Of a stretch of 64,000 nucleotides of DNA, positions 50,407 through 58,875 are shown one piece after another. Position 1 is the first letter of the stretch. Every line of letters begins with the position of its first letter. This DNA is from Tepidisphaera sp. (GTDB lineage: Bacteria; Planctomycetota; Phycisphaerae; Phycisphaerales; UBA1924): contig CP051526.1 of NCBI GenBank assembly GCA_050916045.1, positions 2,656,001 through 2,720,000 of the forward strand, written 5' to 3'. The notes under the pieces are model-generated. The model was given only the letters and a program-made list of their open reading frames with translations. It did no database searches and was not told the DNA's origin. Both the position numbers and the translations under genes were made by a program.

Positions 50407-51313
50407 GAACCCCCACGTGAGAACCCTCGAGTTCCTCCGCGACTATCCCTCGGTCTTCTGGCCGCCGGTGCTCGGGGCGGTCTGCCTCGCGCTCCTCTGC
50501 GCCTGGCTGAGCGTCCTCGTCGTGCTCAAGCGCCTCGCGTTCATCGGCCAGGGGATCAGCCACGCCGGCTTCGGCGGGATCGGCCTTGCGGCGGTGCTCG
50601 GGCTTGCCTCCACGGCGGCGGCGTCGACGCCGATGGGAGCCGTCGCGCAGTTCGGCGTGGTGCTGGCGTTCTGCGTCGCGGCTTCGCTCCTCGTCGGGTT
50701 TCTCTCAACGCCCGAGGGTTCCTCGCGGCGGGGCGGGGCGGCGGGCGGCGGGGGCGGCACCCACGAGGACACGGCGATCGGGATCGTGCTCGTGGCGTCG
50801 ATGGCTTTGGGCTCGATCCTCGTCCGGCGGTTCGCTCCGACCTTCCGCTGGGAGGATTTCCTCTTCGGCTACCTCATGAACACCGGCTGGGCGGACGCGA
50901 TGGTCGCGGCGGGGGTCACGGCCTTGACGCTCGCGTCGCTCTGGTGGGCCCGGCGGCCGATCACGTTCTGGGCGTTTGATGAGCCCGCGGCCGAAGCGTT
51001 CGGCGTGCGGAGCCGCTGGGTGCGGATCATCATCATGACGATGCTCGCCCTCGCGACCGTCACCGCGATGCGGCTCGCGGGCGTTGTGCTCGCCTCGGCC
51101 CTCCTCATCCTGCCGGGCGCAATCGCCCTCAAGCTGAGCGTGCGGTCCGGGGCGGTCCTCATCATCAGCCTCATCGCGGCCCTCGCCGGCGTGCTGGGCG
51201 GGATCGTGCTGGGGTTTGAACTGAGCTGGCCCCCGGGCCCGAGCATCGTGGCGGTGCTGACCGCGCTCTTCGCGGCGGCGTCGCTGGGACGGGGGTTGCT
51301 GGCGCGGGGTTGA
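50393..51313 (+). CDS. znuB: Zn/Mn ABC transporter permease
   Basis: VVLKRLAFIGQGISHAGFGG, EDTAIG, FLFG, PGPSIV. Confidence 0.88.
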   Translation: MTARENPHVRTLEFLRDYPSVFWPPVLGAVCLALLCAWLSVLVVLKRLAFIGQGISHAGFGGIGLAAVLGLASTAAASTPMGAVAQFGVVLAFCVAASLLVGFLSTPEGSSRRGGAAGGGGGTHEDTAIGIVLVASMALGSILVRRFAPTFRWEDFLFGYLMNTGWADAMVAAGVTALTLASLWWARRPITFWAFDEPAAEAFGVRSRWVRIIIMTMLALATVTAMRLAGVVLASALLILPGAIALKLSVRSGAVLIISLIAALAGVLGGIVLGFELSWPPGPSIVAVLTALFAAASLGRGLLARG

Positions 51314-51387
51314 TGGGACGGGCTTGATGAGGGGTGGTGATGGGGGGCGTTGCTGGGAGGGGGTGATGGGGAGGGATAATCTCCTCC

Positions 51388-51576
51388 ATGAAACCCGAAA
51401 CCCTGCTCGCGGAACTCAACCGCCTCCGCAAAGACCTGCCCGAGGACAAGTCCGACCTCGAATGGCTGACGCTCCACCACGCCTTCGCGTTCATCAGCTA
51501 CAAGATGACGGACTTCCGCAAGTACGTGGAGGAGCAGGACAAAGCCGGCGCGTTCGACGAAGCGGAAGAGGGGTGA
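51388..51576 (+). CDS. Small hypothetical protein (62 aa)
   Basis: Host-like codon usage, amphipathic helical sequence, -10-like GATAAT 7 nt before ATG. Confidence 0.65.
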   Translation: MKPETLLAELNRLRKDLPEDKSDLEWLTLHHAFAFISYKMTDFRKYVEEQDKAGAFDEAEEG

Positions 51577-51616
51577 GGGGGTGTGGGGGTGTGGGGGTGA
51601 GAGGGTGCGGGGGTGC

Positions 51617-51653
51617 CGTGGCACTGCTCATCGGTTCCTCCGATGAGCAGTGG
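51617..51653 (+). repeat. REP-like palindrome, left end of cassette
   Basis: cGTGG+CACTGCTCATCGG-ttcct-CCGATGAGCAGTG; identical inverted copy at 53175-53211. Confidence 0.9.
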
Positions 51654-51730
51654 CTGGGCGTGGGGACGCAAACGCGGCGGATAGACGGAATATCCGTCAT
51701 AAACCATCAAAAACCGGCCGAGCAAGGAGC

Positions 51731-51898
51731 ATGAGTGGTCACGCACGGAGCTTGCGTGACCAGAAATGTCCCATGACTGGTCAAGCAAGGAGCGTGCGTG
51801 ACCAGATTTGTCCCGTGAGTGGTCAAGCACAGAGCGTGCGTGACCAGATTTGTCCCGTGAGTGGTCAAGCACGGGCCTTGCTTGACCAGAAATGTCCC
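51731..51898. repeat. Four tandem 42-bp palindromic units
   Basis: Units start at 51731, 51773, 51815, 51857; consensus rTGAGTGGTCAAGCACGGAGCGTGCGTGACCAGAwwTGTCCC; degenerate copies on both sides. Confidence 0.92.
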
Positions 51899-51977
51899 GT
51901 GCTCGGCCGGTCAAGGACCGTGCTCGGACGCCCATCCACGACCATCCCGAAGCGGGAAGGTCGTGGCACCCCACAGT

Positions 51978-52219
51978 GTCCGAGACCCCGCAGGGGTCAT
52001 CGAAAGTAGCCGGGGGCAACGCCCCCGGTCACCGGCCACAATGACACACGACCCTGCAAGGGTCGGATGGAGATGAACGGCACGAGGTGGTTGCACCCCT
52101 GCGGGGTGCGGGGCGATGGTCGCGTTCACCGGGGGCGTTGCCCCCGGCTACTTCCTTCCAGCCCTGCGGGCTGGAACGCGGCCCGGTCATGCTCCTGCCA
52201 AGCCAGAAGCATGCCACCC
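51978..52219. repeat. 242-bp multi-hairpin element, copy 1 (MITE/REPIN-like)
   Basis: Colinear direct repeat of 52864-53105; internal A-B-C-C'-B'-A' hairpin symmetry plus terminal GTGG-type palindrome. Confidence 0.92.
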
Positions 52220-52301
52220 GTCGCAAAAGCAGCCGTGGCAGCTAAAATCAGAAGTGCTCTCGACGGGGACCTATTCAATCTGACTCAGAAAGACGTACGA
52301 C

Positions 52302-52838
52302 ATGAAGCAGGTCCGGTTCTTTGCCACGAAGCACGACATCGGCCCTGTGCTCGACGCGGTGGACCTTGGAAAGGACCTCCGGTATGTGCGCATGGGAGCG
52401 AATCCAGAGAGATCCCTTCATCGCTTCACGCGAGGTCGAGACTTGCCGATGCTCGGGACTGCGGATTCCGAATCGGCAAGCACTTGTGCTTCGTATCTCG
52501 TGACGCGGGACTCCGTTCGGCTCCACCTTGAAGGGATTGATCGGTACGATGGCGTTCGGGTGTATGTTCTTGACCAGCTTCACAATCCGGACACCGTCGT
52601 GCTCACCCCCGCTGGCATGTGGAAAGACGATGTTCTCTTGCACGGTCTGGTCAGCACGGTTTCCGACTCTCCAATCGCGAAAGAGATCATGAAGCTCTTC
52701 GCCGCCGCGATCAAGAAGCAGTTCGTCAAGGTGCGATCCTTTTGGGTCGGACCTGACGCGCTCGCGCTGCTCAAACGCGGGAAGCGGTTGACCATCGCAG
52801 CCCAGTCGCCCGCCGAATTCGATTTGAAGATTCCGTAG
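52302..52838 (+). CDS. Hypothetical protein, candidate polymorphic-toxin immunity-like cargo gene
   Basis: 178-aa ORF, visibly lower GC than flanks; motifs FFAT..D, DQLHNPDTV..P.G.W, VGPDAL...GKRLT; family assignment from recollection only. Confidence 0.7.
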   Translation: MKQVRFFATKHDIGPVLDAVDLGKDLRYVRMGANPERSLHRFTRGRDLPMLGTADSESASTCASYLVTRDSVRLHLEGIDRYDGVRVYVLDQLHNPDTVVLTPAGMWKDDVLLHGLVSTVSDSPIAKEIMKLFAAAIKKQFVKVRSFWVGPDALALLKRGKRLTIAAQSPAEFDLKIP

Positions 52839-52863
52839 GGCTGGTTGGCTCTGCGGATGCCGC

Positions 52864-53105
52864 GTCCGAGACCCCGCGGGGGTCATCGAAAGGAGCCGGG
52901 GGCAACGCCCCCGGTCACAGGCCACAATGAGACACGACCCTGCAAGGGTCGGATGAATATCCGCGATACGACATGGTTGCACCCCTGCGGGGTGCGGTGT
53001 GATGCTCGCGTTCACCGGGGGCGTTGCCCCCGGCTACTTCCTTCCAGCCCTGCGGGCTGAAAGGCGGCCTGAGCATGCTTCTGCAAAGCCAGAAGCATGC
53101 CACCC
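52864..53105. repeat. 242-bp multi-hairpin element, copy 2
   Basis: About 23 mismatches to copy 1 by manual alignment, no net indel, offset 886 bp. Confidence 0.92.
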
Positions 53106-53174
53106 CCACACCCCCGCACCCCCCACACCTACACGCCCCTCCACCTTTTCACCCTGTCATGTCCTCACGCCCTT

Positions 53175-53211
53175 CCACTGCTCATCGGAGGAACCGATGA
53201 GCAGTGCCACG
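53175..53211 (-). repeat. REP-like palindrome, right end of cassette
   Basis: Exact reverse complement of 51617-51653. Confidence 0.9.
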
Positions 53212-53241
53212 ACCCCCCCCCCACCCCACCCCACACACCCC

Positions 53242-53808
53242 TCACACCGTCATGATCTCTTTGGTCTTGTGCTCGACCATGGTGTCCACCTTCGCCTCGA
53301 ACTTCTTGAGCAGTTCCTGGATCTCTTCCTTGAGGTTTTCGAGGTCGTCCTCGGCGTAGGCCTTGGCTTTGTCGTTCTTGAGCTGGTCGGCGTGCTTGTT
53401 GGCGTCGCGGCGGACGTTGCGGATCGCGACCTTCTGCTCTTCGCCGACCTTCTTGACGTGGGCGGCGAACTGCTTGCGGCGCTCCTGCGACAACGCCGGG
53501 ACCATCACGCGGAGCTGCTTGCCCTCGGAGATGGGGTTGAGCCCAAGGCCCGCCTGCTCGATCGCGGTCTTGATCGCCCCCAACGACTGGACGTCAAAGG
53601 GCTTGACCAGAAGCTGCGTCGGCTCGGGCGAAGAGATCGCGGCCATGGATTTGAGCTCGGTCTGGGCGCCGTAGAACTCGACGCGCACGGAGTCGATCAG
53701 GGCGGGCGTCGCGCGGCCGGTGCGCACGGCTTTGAACTCGTGCTCGAGGTGCTTGATGGATTTCTCCATGTGCTCTTCGGCGTCGAGAAGGATGGTGTCT
53801 GGGTCCAT
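53242..53808 (-). CDS. frr: Ribosome recycling factor
   Basis: VRTGRATP..YG..GLNP..P.LSQERRK..AIRNVRRDAN. Confidence 0.97.
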   Translation of the reverse strand: MDPDTILLDAEEHMEKSIKHLEHEFKAVRTGRATPALIDSVRVEFYGAQTELKSMAAISSPEPTQLLVKPFDVQSLGAIKTAIEQAGLGLNPISEGKQLRVMVPALSQERRKQFAAHVKKVGEEQKVAIRNVRRDANKHADQLKNDKAKAYAEDDLENLKEEIQELLKKFEAKVDTMVEHKTKEIMTV

Positions 53809-53906
53809 GGATGGGTCCTTTGGGAAGGGAGACTCGCTGCGGAAGGATGAGGGAAGTTTACGCGGAAACCGGCCGAAGCGTGGACAGGCCTACGCGTGCA
53901 CCACGC

Positions 53907-54638
53907 CTAAGCGTGGACCAGCGTGCCGATCGAATCACCCTGCACGACGCGGCGGATGTTCCCGGGGGCGTCAAAGTTGAAGATGATCACCGGGATCTTC
54001 TGCTCCTGGCAGAGGGCGAAAGCCGCCGTGTCCATCACCTTGAGGTTCTTGGAGATCGCCTCGGCGAAGGACAAGCTCTCGTAGCGGGTGGCTTTGGGGT
54101 CCTTCTTGGGGTCGGCGGTGTAGACGCCATCGACCTTCGTGGCTTTGAGGATCACCTCGCACCGAAGCTCGGCGGCGCGGAGGGCGGCGCAGGTGTCGGT
54201 CGTGAAGAAGGGGTTGCCGGTGCCGGCGGCGAGGATCACGACGCGGCCCTTCTCAAGGTGGCGGATCGCCCGGCCGCGGATGAACGGCTCGGCGACGGAC
54301 TTCATCTCGACCGCCGACTGGACGCGGGTGTCCAGGCCCTGAGCGATCAGAGCTTCCTTGAGGGCGATGCCGTTGATGACGGTGCCGAGCATCCCCATCT
54401 GGTCGGCGGTCGCTTGCGCGATGTGGCCGGCGGCGGCGAGCGTGGCTCCGCGGATGATGTTGCCACCCCCTACCACGACCGCGACCTGCGTCCCGACCGT
54501 CGCCGCTTCCTTCACCTCGCGGGCGATCGCGCTCAGGCACTCAGGGTCGATGCCAAAGCCGCCGGGCCGGGCGAAAGACTCGCCGGAGAGTTTCAGAAGG
54601 ACGCGTTTGTACCTGGGGGCGAGGGGGGAGGAGCTCAT
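53907..54638 (-). CDS. pyrH: UMP kinase
   Basis: RVLLKLSGE, GGGNIIRG, DQMGMLGT, GTGNPFFTTD, VDGVYTADP. Confidence 0.97.
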   Translation of the reverse strand: MSSSPLAPRYKRVLLKLSGESFARPGGFGIDPECLSAIAREVKEAATVGTQVAVVVGGGNIIRGATLAAAGHIAQATADQMGMLGTVINGIALKEALIAQGLDTRVQSAVEMKSVAEPFIRGRAIRHLEKGRVVILAAGTGNPFFTTDTCAALRAAELRCEVILKATKVDGVYTADPKKDPKATRYESLSFAEAISKNLKVMDTAAFALCQEQKIPVIIFNFDAPGNIRRVVQGDSIGTLVHA

Positions 54639-54895
54639 GGTGGTTCGCTTGGCTTTCGTTGGAGGTGGTTGCGGGGGGCAGAACTGTTGTAGCGTGCGCC
54701 GGACCGTGGTTCAATCGGGGGGATCGGGAATGTTCGCCGAACCGAACCCCGCCCCGGGCCGAATCGAATGGCGAGCGCCACGCGACCCTGAACCCCGCGC
54801 CCCGGCGGCCCGGTATAGGCTGAGCGCTCCGCCCCAGCCGCCCACCCCCCTCGGTTTCCGGCCAAAGCCGCCGACGGACCGATGAGAACCTCCGC

Positions 54896-55891
54896 ATGAA
54901 CGCCCCGACCCCGGCTCATCCCGAGTCGCTCGCAGACCAGCCGATCCCCGGGCCCAACGCCGGGCTCTCCCCCCGCCTGCGGCTTTGGATGCGGAACGCG
55001 CTCATCGCGGGGATCGTCGTCTCCGCAGGCTTCCACCTGTTGGGGGGGTTCCTCGCGACCCTGATCTACTTCGCCGGCCCCGCCGGGAACGGCCAGCCCG
55101 GTGATGCCGGAAGCGGGAGCGGCGGCGTCGAGATGGCCCTGATGACCGAAGGCGAATTTTCTGCGCTCGCCGCGGGCGGGCCGGAAGACTCCATGAGCAC
55201 CCTGGGCGCGGCCCCGACCGACGCCCTTCCTACTGAAGAGCCCCTCGCCGGCCCACCGGGCGACAACGCGGCCACGGGCGATGCGGGCGGCGCGGAAGCC
55301 GGCGGCGGCCTGGGCGGGGGCGGCGACATCACCGGGGGCACGGGGATCGGCGGGGGTCCCGGCGGCGCGGGCGGGGGTGGCACAAGCTTCTTTGGCGTCG
55401 AAGCCAAGGGCGACCGCATCGCGTTCGTCGTCGATACCTCCGGCTCCATGATCGGCGACCGCCTCGCTGAGCTCAAAAGCCAGCTCACCTCCGCGATCAA
55501 CGAGATGACCGAGACTTCCTCGTTCCTGGTCGTGACCTTCTCGACCGAAGCTCTGCCGCTGGGAGGCAAGCTCGAATGGCGCGAAGCCACCGCGAAGAAC
55601 AAGCTCACCGCCGCCCGGCAGGTCGAAGCCCTCGTCGCCGACGGCGGCACCGAAGCCATGCGCGGGTTCGAAGAGCTCCTCCGGGCCAAGCCCAGGCCCG
55701 ATGTCATCTTCTTCATGACCGACGGCCAGTTCAGGGAGGACGTCCCCCTCACGCTCCAGCGGATGAACCGAAGCCCGCGCGTCAAGATCCACTGCATCTG
55801 CTTCGAAGAGAATCAGAGCGAGCCGCAGATGAAGCAGATCGCCAAAGACTCCGGCGGCACCTACACGTTCGTCGCGAGGAAGCCGCGATGA
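54896..55891 (+). CDS. Membrane-anchored vWA domain protein
   Basis: TM with S..FH motif, acidic/Gly-rich linker, FFG, MIDAS DTSGS..GGT..TDG. Confidence 0.88.
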   Translation: MNAPTPAHPESLADQPIPGPNAGLSPRLRLWMRNALIAGIVVSAGFHLLGGFLATLIYFAGPAGNGQPGDAGSGSGGVEMALMTEGEFSALAAGGPEDSMSTLGAAPTDALPTEEPLAGPPGDNAATGDAGGAEAGGGLGGGGDITGGTGIGGGPGGAGGGGTSFFGVEAKGDRIAFVVDTSGSMIGDRLAELKSQLTSAINEMTETSSFLVVTFSTEALPLGGKLEWREATAKNKLTAARQVEALVADGGTEAMRGFEELLRAKPRPDVIFFMTDGQFREDVPLTLQRMNRSPRVKIHCICFEENQSEPQMKQIAKDSGGTYTFVARKPR

Positions 55892-57150
55892 GGAAACCCG
55901 CCGCTCACCTCATTATCGCGGCGGCGGGCGTGGCGGCCGCTCACGGTCTGACCACGCTCCACCAGCCGCAGCCCGCGGGGACCGTCCTGCCGCGCGGCGT
56001 CAGCGAAACCTCGCTGGGCGAACCGACCGCCGTCGCGGCCGAAGGCGTCTCCGTCGTCCGCGACCGGAACCCCGACGGCAAGCCGGTCGCCACCATCGTG
56101 ATCGGATGGGACCGCGTGCGTGAAGTCACCGGGCCGCTGGCGACGGAAGCCTCGAAGTTCACATCGACCGCAGAGAAAGCATGGCGGGCGCGGGCAAGGC
56201 TCGAGCGCGGCGACTGGGTCGCGGCCGAGCCGCTGTTTGAAGAGCTTTTCTCCGAGTACCGGACGCGAACGGGACCGACGGCGCTCACGGTCGCGGGCGG
56301 TTTGGTGCGGTGCAGGTTGATGCGAGGGGCGCAGACCGCGGCGGTCGAGCCGTGGATCGCCTGGCTTCGCGCCCAGCCGACGGCGGGCGCAGGGGTCGAC
56401 TCTCCGCCGGAAAGCGTGGGCCAGCAGGTCTCGAAGATGATCGATCCCGGCACCGGCCTGATCCCGGGCCTGCCGCCGATGTGGGTGACGACCGCCGCGG
56501 TGCAGGCTCTGGCCCGATCGGAGGTCCCGGCCGCGGACCAAGCCAGCAAGCCGAGCACGCAAGAGGTTCGCGCGGCTTCGCTCTTCGCGTTGTACGTCCT
56601 CGCCGCGAAAGCGGACACGGGTGGGACGGGCGGCTTGCCCGAACGGGGCGGCGCGACGGCGGACCCGGGCGTGCGGCTGGTCTACGACATCGTGAAGTCG
56701 AGGCTTGGGGATGAGAGCCAGCGTCGCGACGCTCGCCGATCGCTTCAGGAACGCATCACGGGCGGCTCGCCCGGATGGGTCGAGGTCTGGTGCCGCGTCG
56801 CGGTGGGCCGATCGCTCCTGATGGAAAAGACCGAAGAGGACCGGCGCCTGGGGCTCGTCTCGCTGGCGTATGTCGCCTCGCGTTCGGCTCCCGAGGATGC
56901 ATACCTCACGGGTCTTGCGCTGGCGGAAATGGCTTTGGCGCTGAGCGCGGACGGGAATGAAGCCGCGGCGTCGCTTTTCGCGAACGAAGCCGCCGACCGG
57001 TTCCCGGATCACCCGGCGCTGGAATCGCCGCAGATGGCCAGGTGGATGGTCGCGCGGTCGGCGCGACCGAGCAAGCCGGCGACGACACCAACAGCACCAG
57101 CCGCACCCACCACGGCCGAACCAGCCGCAGCCCCGGAACCTCCGAAGTAA
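55888..57150 (+). CDS. Exported helical (TPR-like) hypothetical protein
   Basis: ATGA overlap with vWA gene; signal-like N-terminus; helical repeats, Pro/Thr-rich tail. Confidence 0.7.
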   Translation: MRKPAAHLIIAAAGVAAAHGLTTLHQPQPAGTVLPRGVSETSLGEPTAVAAEGVSVVRDRNPDGKPVATIVIGWDRVREVTGPLATEASKFTSTAEKAWRARARLERGDWVAAEPLFEELFSEYRTRTGPTALTVAGGLVRCRLMRGAQTAAVEPWIAWLRAQPTAGAGVDSPPESVGQQVSKMIDPGTGLIPGLPPMWVTTAAVQALARSEVPAADQASKPSTQEVRAASLFALYVLAAKADTGGTGGLPERGGATADPGVRLVYDIVKSRLGDESQRRDARRSLQERITGGSPGWVEVWCRVAVGRSLLMEKTEEDRRLGLVSLAYVASRSAPEDAYLTGLALAEMALALSADGNEAAASLFANEAADRFPDHPALESPQMARWMVARSARPSKPATTPTAPAAPTTAEPAAAPEPPK

Positions 57151-57215
57151 GCTGAAACGGACCACCCAGACGACAACCAAGCCCGTACACCAACCCACAC
57201 AGGGAGTTCAAAACC

Positions 57216-58004
57216 GTGACGATGACGATCATGACGATGCTGGCGCAGGACCCGGGCGGGATCAGGCTCGCCGACTACGTGACCAAGGGCGGGACGGTCG
57301 GGTATGTGCTCGTGGGCCTTTCGTTCATCGCTTTCGCGCTGATCATCGCGAACATCATCCAGCTCCGGATGAGCCGCCTCGCTCCGCCGGACGTGGTGAA
57401 CGGTCTTGAGGAGCGTCTGCGGGAGCACGACATCGACGGAGCGGTCGCGTTCTGCAAGGTGCAGGAGAACGACTGTTTCTTCACACGGATGTTCGAATCG
57501 GCGCTGGTGCGCTGCGCCCGCTCGCCGTTCGGATTCCTCGAACTCAAGTCCGCGCTGGAAGAGTCCGGCCAGCGGCAGGTCGACCGTCTGACGAAGATGA
57601 CCGACGGTGTCGGTCTGGTCGCCGCGCTGGGCCCGATGCTCGGCCTGTTGGGCACGGTCTTCGGGATGGTGGGCGCGTTCCGGACCATCGGCGAGCTTGA
57701 GGGCGCCTCGCGGTCCAGCGAACTCGCCAAGTACATGTCGCACGCTCTGGTCACGACGGCGCTGGGGCTGGTCGTCGCGATCCCGTGCACCGCGGCGTTC
57801 ACGGTGTTCAAGCGGCGGATCGACCGCCTCGCCGGTGAGCTCGGCCAGAAAGCCGAGGAACTGGCCAGCTACGTCCAGGGCAAGGGTGCGACCGCGCGTC
57901 CGCCCGCTCCCGCTCCCGCCCCGCGCGGCCCGGGCATGCGTGCTCCGGCGATGCAGCCCACAGGCGTCGGCCCCGGCGTGGGCTCCGGAGGCGCCGCGAA
58001 TTGA
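57216..58004 (+). CDS. MotA/TolQ/ExbB proton channel family protein
   Basis: GPMLGLLGTVFGMVGAF..ALVTTALGLVVAIP. Confidence 0.92.
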   Translation: MTMTIMTMLAQDPGGIRLADYVTKGGTVGYVLVGLSFIAFALIIANIIQLRMSRLAPPDVVNGLEERLREHDIDGAVAFCKVQENDCFFTRMFESALVRCARSPFGFLELKSALEESGQRQVDRLTKMTDGVGLVAALGPMLGLLGTVFGMVGAFRTIGELEGASRSSELAKYMSHALVTTALGLVVAIPCTAAFTVFKRRIDRLAGELGQKAEELASYVQGKGATARPPAPAPAPRGPGMRAPAMQPTGVGPGVGSGGAAN

Positions 58005-58429
58005 AACTCGGACGAGTCAAAGCCATTCCGGAAGCGGGATTCGACCTCACGCCGATGATCGACGTGGTCCTGCTGCTCATCATCTTCTTCGTCCTCTCGG
58101 CGCAGTTCGCCCAGGCCGTCCGCAAGCCGCTGGACCTGCCGGCCGAACCCGGGGTGCGTGAGGGTGACGTGGGCCCGACGACGCTCCTGCTCGACATCGA
58201 TCGCGCCGGCGACATGTTCACCGGCGGCACGCGGATCGACCTCGATGGCCTCCGCGTCACGATGAAGTCGCACATCAAGCACGTCGGCTCGGCCGACAAT
58301 GTCGAGACGATCATCCGCGCCGATCGCGCAACGCCCGCCGTGCACCTCAACAAGGTCGCCCGCGTGCTCTCCGAACTCGGCATCCGCAACTGGAAGCTCG
58401 CGACCGCGGGAGACGGGAGCCCGCCATGA
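58001..58429 (+). CDS. ExbD/TolR family protein 1
   Basis: LTPMIDVVLLLIIFFVL; LDLP; IIRADR. Confidence 0.9.
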   Translation: MKLGRVKAIPEAGFDLTPMIDVVLLLIIFFVLSAQFAQAVRKPLDLPAEPGVREGDVGPTTLLLDIDRAGDMFTGGTRIDLDGLRVTMKSHIKHVGSADNVETIIRADRATPAVHLNKVARVLSELGIRNWKLATAGDGSPP

Positions 58430-58875
58430 ACCTCAAACGGGTCCGCCGCACCGAGTTCGAGATCCCCAAGCTGCCGCTCGTCGCGCTCATCGACGTTGTC
58501 TTCTTTCTCCTCCTCTATTTCATCATGGCCGGCAACCTCGCGGCCGTCGAAGCCAACCTCGAGTCCTCGCTCAAGACCGACAAGCGGTCCAGCGGAGCGT
58601 CGTCCAATCTCGTGCCGCAGATCGTCAATGTCGAGGGCGGCCCAACCGGGCAAGGCCTCTTCAGGCTTGGCGAGCGCACGATGGGCGACAAGAAGGCGCT
58701 GTCGGACGTCCTGCGCTCGCTCACCAAAGAGGGCGGCGTCGTCGTCCGCGTCAGCGGCACGGCCCCGACCCACGCGGTCGCGACGGCTCTGCAAGCGTGC
58801 AAGGACGCAGGGTTCACCAAGATCAGCTACGTGCCGCGAAGCGGCGAGGTCGAAGCCGGGGGGAGCGCCCCGTGA
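58426..58875 (+). CDS. ExbD/TolR family protein 2
   Basis: LVALIDVVFFLLLYFIM; AGFTKISY. Confidence 0.85.
   Translation: MNLKRVRRTEFEIPKLPLVALIDVVFFLLLYFIMAGNLAAVEANLESSLKTDKRSSGASSNLVPQIVNVEGGPTGQGLFRLGERTMGDKKALSDVLRSLTKEGGVVVRVSGTAPTHAVATALQACKDAGFTKISYVPRSGEVEAGGSAP

Noticed and set aside
51731..51898. CRISPR array
   Set aside because: The sequence between palindromes is about 15 bp and nearly identical between units, variation lies inside the palindrome, and no cas genes are present.
52029..53109. Short ORFs within the 242-bp repeats (e.g. 52067-52531, 52845-53060, 52915-53109)
   Set aside because: They are translations of palindromic repeat DNA or overlap the better-supported 52302-52838 gene.
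51577..53241. Autonomous IS, integron or toxin-antitoxin locus
   Set aside because: No transposase, tyrosine recombinase or toxin ORF, and no attC-type RYYYAAC/GTTRRRY ends recognised.
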